Part shown: piece after piece, positions 60,517 through 64,000 of the stretch | How positions within the stretch are numbered: position 1 is the first letter of the stretch | Layout: the number at the start of each line of letters is the position of its first letter | NCBI GenBank assembly: GCA_048266545.1 | Contig: JBLWZH010000014.1 | Location: 7,952 to 71,951, forward strand | Reading direction: 5' to 3' | DNA from: Paremcibacter sp. | Lineage (GTDB): Bacteria; Pseudomonadota; Alphaproteobacteria; Sphingomonadales; Emcibacteraceae | Length of the DNA: 64,000 nt | Translations under genes and position numbers: made by a program | The notes under the pieces: model-generated | What the model was told of the DNA's origin: nothing | Databases searched by the model: none | The model's input: the letters and a program-made list of their open reading frames with translations, nothing else

Positions 60517-61248
60517 TTACGGCGTATAGGCCTGACGGTCGCCGAGGAAGTTTTGAAACCGGGCGCGGGCCTGTTCCCGCGCGGCCAACGTTGCGGCCCG
60601 GTCAAGGGACTCTGCGCGGGCCCCGGCCGCCAAAAGCGTTTGAAGCTGCATGCTCTGTTTGGCGTTCAGGGCCGCAAGCTGATTGCCGGCCTGTGTGACC
60701 TGTAAATTACCAACGGCGCTCTGGCTTTGGCTGACAAGACGATCAAGCACAGTGCTATCGCTGCGCACCTGTTCGACAACGGTGGCTTGTACCTGCATGG
60801 CATGCTGAAAGCCCGTGCGAGCCACATTCCATGCTTCCTGTCCGTCCTGAAATATCTGCGACGACGTGGTAGCAGCAGCGTATCTTTGCGGATAAAGCCG
60901 CCGGTAATGGGCATCAATCGCCGTGATCTGATAGGACACATTACGGGCACTGCGGATCAATCCATCCATGCGGGCCAGAGAACTTTGCAAATCACCGGAG
61001 ATTGACGTTGGCAGATTGGTGAGGTTGCGCGTCTGATTGACCAACATCCGCGCCTGATTTCGAAGCTGGGTAATCTGATTATTGATCTGCTGCAATGTGC
61101 GGGCGGCGGTCAATAGATTCTGGCCATAATTTGAGGGATCAAAGACAATATCGCCAAACCCGAATATTGCGTTTGCTTGTTGTGAAGATAAAAATACTGT
61201 GGATAAGACCATCAGGGCGGCAAATAGAGGTTTTTTGAGATATTTCAT
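60517..61248 (-). CDS. trbJ: P-type conjugative transfer protein TrbJ (VirB5 family)
   Basis: Signal peptide plus a helical protein (FDPSNYGQNLLTAARTLQQINNQITQL). Confidence 0.9.
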   Translation of the reverse strand: MKYLKKPLFAALMVLSTVFLSSQQANAIFGFGDIVFDPSNYGQNLLTAARTLQQINNQITQLRNQARMLVNQTRNLTNLPTSISGDLQSSLARMDGLIRSARNVSYQITAIDAHYRRLYPQRYAAATTSSQIFQDGQEAWNVARTGFQHAMQVQATVVEQVRSDSTVLDRLVSQSQSAVGNLQVTQAGNQLAALNAKQSMQLQTLLAAGARAESLDRAATLAAREQARARFQNFLGDRQAYTP

Positions 61249-63665
61249 GTCTTGCTCCTTTGAAAGTTTCTAATAAGCGGAATTGCCCATTCGAGATTTT
61301 TTGCGGCGAGATAGCGGGTCACAAATTCTGCACCCTCCGTCTCGGCAGTCAGGACGGCGAGCAATTGGTGATCGGCTTTTTCGGAAGCGGCGCAAAAGGC
61401 CAAGGCAACAGGGTCAAGGTTCAAATCAAACAGGCGATTGCCTTGGCGAGACTGAAAATAATATTCCCGCTTCGGCATGGCTCTTGAGATAATTTCGGCC
61501 TGACAGGCATTCAGTCCGAAGGCATCATAAATTTTACGTTGCTGTGGCTCCAGCGCCGGCTCATTGGGCAGGAATATCCGGCTCAGACAGCTTTCAATAA
61601 TTGCGGGTGCGATGGTGCTGTTTGTAATATCGGAAAGCGACTGGGTGGCAAAAATAACCGATACATTTTTCTTACGGAGGGTTTTGAGCCATTCGCGAAG
61701 TCGTCCAGCAAATTCAGGATCATCCAGAAATACCCAGGCTTCATCCAAAATGAGCAGGCTTGGCCGTCCGTCGAAACGCTCTTCAAGCCGGTGAAACAGA
61801 TAAGTCAGTGTGGGGAGAACCGCACTTTTAGTGTGCATCAACTCTTCCATCTCAAAACACTGCACGTCGCTAAGGTTAAGCTTGTCATCGTCAGCATCAA
61901 GCAAACGGCCATGGGGGCCGTTTAAGGTATATGGCTGCAAGGCCTGACGAAGGTTATTGCTTTGAAGCAAGGCTACGAGGCCAGTGAGCGTGCGTTCCTG
62001 AACAGGGGCTTGCGCCAGATTACAAAGGGCCGACCAGACATTGTCTTTTATCTCCGGTGTGACAGCGCCTTGTTCATGGGCAATAAGACTGCATATCCAT
62101 TCCTGCGCCCATGCTCGCTGATGGGTATCTTCAATGCGCGCCAAGGGCTGAAAAGCAAGGGCACTATTGCCGCCCAGATCAAACCAGCTTCCGCCCATGG
62201 CAAGAGTGGCCGCTCGTGCCGACCCGCCCTTGTCAAATATATAAATTTGAGAATCCGGATAGCGGCGGAACTGCATGGCCAAAAGAGAGAGCAAAACGGA
62301 TTTACCCGCGCCCGTTGGCCCGACAATGATTGTATGGCCAACATCGCCTTGGTGAAGGGACAGGCGAAACGGCGTGGCGCCACCCGTTTCGGCCATCAAC
62401 AACGGCGGCCCGTCCAAATGTGCATTATATTCCGGCCCGGCCCACACGGATGACAGTGGTGTCATATGGGCCAGGTTGAGGGTTGATATTATCGGCTGGC
62501 GCACATTTGCGTAGAGATGGCCGGGCAAAGTGCCAAGCCAGGCATCAACTGCATTGACCGTCTCACGGATCGCGGCAAACCCTGCACCACTGACGGCACG
62601 TTCCACGGCGCGCATTTTCTCGGCAGCAATCGCCGCATCTTCATCCCGGACAATGATGGTCGTGGTAAAATAGCCAAAAGCCACATGATCGCTGCCCAGT
62701 TCCTGCAAGGCTTCATCGGCATCAAGAGCCTTATTATCCGCGTCCGTATCAACCAGAACGGATGGCTCATTGGTCATGACTTCCTTGAGGAGTGCGATGA
62801 CGCTTTTGCGTTTGGCGAACCATTGGCGGCGATATTTGCCAAGTTCTTTAGTGGCTTCCGGCTTGTCCATGGCAATGAAACGTGAACACCAGCGGTAAGA
62901 CAGGCCCAGGCTGTTAAGAGCGTCCAGAATTCCGGGCGTGGTGGAGCCGGGAAAAGACAGGATGGTCATGATCCGCAAATGGGCGTCACCCAACATCGGT
63001 TCCAACCCGCCGGTTAAAGGGCAATCGGCAAGAATGGCATCCAGATACATCGGGGTTTCCGGCGGTTTTATCATATGCCGCTTGGTAGAAATGGTCGCGT
63101 GCAAATAAGTGAGCGTTTCCGCATCATCCAGCGGTTCCAGTTCCGGCAGGGCATTTGCAAACAGATCAAACGCCCGGTCTGTCTGGGTAACAAAGCTCTC
63201 CAGATGATCATGAACGTCAAACGATCGCTTGTGATCAGGCGTTTCCAGCAATAGTCCTTCAGCGCGGCGGGTCCGGTCTTCCGGCGGCAAATAGCAAAGG
63301 GTCAGAAAAAATGACGTATCAAAATGAACCTGTTCCGCCTCAAAGCCGCCGCGTCGTTCTTCATCCACCAGCCATGAGGCGGGATCAGGAAAGTTTGACT
63401 GCGGATAACCTGTAATCTGATGACGGTCTGCTTCAAAAAACAGTGCCCAGCCAGAGCCAAAACGCTTCAAGGCATCATTGATCCGGGCGCTGATGGCAAT
63501 CAATTCTGATTGAGTGGCGCTATCCAAATCCGGCCCGCGATAGCGGGCTGTGCGTTGAAACGATCCGTCTTTATTGAGAATAACGCCCGGTGCTATGAGC
63601 GATACCCAGGGTAAATAATCAGCAAGGCGCGTGGGGCGTTTTTGATATTCTGATAAATTGAGCAT
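61245..63665 (-). CDS. trbE: conjugal transfer ATPase TrbE (VirB4 family)
   Basis: 806 aa, Walker A GPTGAGKS, Walker B LLILDEAW. Confidence 0.95.
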   Translation of the reverse strand: MLNLSEYQKRPTRLADYLPWVSLIAPGVILNKDGSFQRTARYRGPDLDSATQSELIAISARINDALKRFGSGWALFFEADRHQITGYPQSNFPDPASWLVDEERRGGFEAEQVHFDTSFFLTLCYLPPEDRTRRAEGLLLETPDHKRSFDVHDHLESFVTQTDRAFDLFANALPELEPLDDAETLTYLHATISTKRHMIKPPETPMYLDAILADCPLTGGLEPMLGDAHLRIMTILSFPGSTTPGILDALNSLGLSYRWCSRFIAMDKPEATKELGKYRRQWFAKRKSVIALLKEVMTNEPSVLVDTDADNKALDADEALQELGSDHVAFGYFTTTIIVRDEDAAIAAEKMRAVERAVSGAGFAAIRETVNAVDAWLGTLPGHLYANVRQPIISTLNLAHMTPLSSVWAGPEYNAHLDGPPLLMAETGGATPFRLSLHQGDVGHTIIVGPTGAGKSVLLSLLAMQFRRYPDSQIYIFDKGGSARAATLAMGGSWFDLGGNSALAFQPLARIEDTHQRAWAQEWICSLIAHEQGAVTPEIKDNVWSALCNLAQAPVQERTLTGLVALLQSNNLRQALQPYTLNGPHGRLLDADDDKLNLSDVQCFEMEELMHTKSAVLPTLTYLFHRLEERFDGRPSLLILDEAWVFLDDPEFAGRLREWLKTLRKKNVSVIFATQSLSDITNSTIAPAIIESCLSRIFLPNEPALEPQQRKIYDAFGLNACQAEIISRAMPKREYYFQSRQGNRLFDLNLDPVALAFCAASEKADHQLLAVLTAETEGAEFVTRYLAAKNLEWAIPLIRNFQRSKT

Positions 63666-63668
63666 GGA

Positions 63669-63926
63669 TCACGCCTCCAAAAACGGCTTGTGCCGAATGT
63701 GACGTTTCAGCACGTCCATAAATTGGGGGTCACGTTTTGCCGCCAACACCGCCGCGCCGTGCCCCACCAGCCAGATCGCAAGACCCGCAATCCAGAGCTG
63801 AAGGCCAAGACCGATGGCGGCGGCCAGTGTGCCGTTGATGATCGCCACATTGCGCGGCGCACCACCGAGCATGATCCGTTCGGTAAGTGAGCGATGCAGG
63901 GGAATGACAAAACCATTGGACATCAT
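63669..63926 (-). CDS. trbD: conjugal transfer protein TrbD (VirB3 family)
   Basis: 85 aa with two TM segments, between trbC and trbE. Confidence 0.85.
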   Translation of the reverse strand: MMSNGFVIPLHRSLTERIMLGGAPRNVAIINGTLAAAIGLGLQLWIAGLAIWLVGHGAAVLAAKRDPQFMDVLKRHIRHKPFLEA

Positions 63927-64000
63927 ACGAGCGCCCCGCCGGCAAAGCTGAAAAAGCTCAGGAAGAAACTTGCCGCTGCAAAGGCAATCGACAATCCAAA
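63923..64000 (-). CDS. trbC: TrbC (VirB2-type pilin), C-terminal end; the gene continues beyond the window
   Basis: My translation of the minus strand is ...FGLSIAFAAASFFLSFFSFAGGALV*. It overlaps the trbD ATG (ATGA). Confidence 0.65.
   Translation of the reverse strand, partial: FGLSIAFAAASFFLSFFSFAGGALV

Larger units (their letters stand above)
54408..64000. mobile_element. edge of an integrative conjugative element (Trb-type T4SS module plus a junction mosaic); continues beyond the window
   Basis: A complete trbC-I gene order with ICE-typical DUF2274 and DUF736 genes, a relaxase remnant and a TA module. It sits in a chromosome context (topA, pyrB and others in the same window). Confidence 0.8.

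Overview
Chromosomal window from an alphaproteobacterium. The assignment rests on divK-pleD, mipZ, DUF1489, DUF3572, a TimB-like J-protein and the pyrB-pyrC'-plsY-dprA-topA-rnr-rpmG synteny; I cannot assign a genus. There are three blocks. (1) 1-17.2 kb is an accessory uptake and catabolic island. It holds a TonB-dependent receptor, a PepSY protein and an Fbp-like ABC importer followed by a C-N hydrolase. It also holds two alpha/beta hydrolases, a GntR/FCD regulator, an Fe-ADH, an ALDH, a GS-like gamma-glutamyl ligase and an HpcH aldolase. The island ends in an IS3-family element next to a truncated LysR remnant. Five promoter regions in it share a near-identical 15-nt element, ATTGGCTACTATTTT, always oriented toward the downstream gene. 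This points to one GntR-centred regulon, and I consider it the best candidate for an undescribed system. (2) 17.2-54.3 kb is core housekeeping. Genes include thiC with a TPP riboswitch, ruvX, an orphan Anbu protease, pyrB/pyrC', plsY, dprA, topA, rnr, rpmG, divK-pleD, dinB, clpSA, a phasin, pgm, mipZ, panC, mgtE and an MCP. It also carries several small unexplained features: a Gln-rich mini-protein, an SD-sequestering hairpin before ridA, and paired TGC-N3-GCA boxes before the phasin gene. (3) 54.4-64 kb is the edge of an integrative conjugative element. It contains a Trb (P-type) T4SS operon, trbC-D-E-J-L-F-G-I-DUF2274-DUF736. The junction is composite: two degenerate ~73-bp direct repeats bracket a parDE module and the orphaned C-terminus of a relaxase. 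I saw no rRNA, tRNA or CRISPR. The many long antisense ORFs are GC-driven artefacts. Family and DUF names come from recognising the translated sequences, not from database searches.
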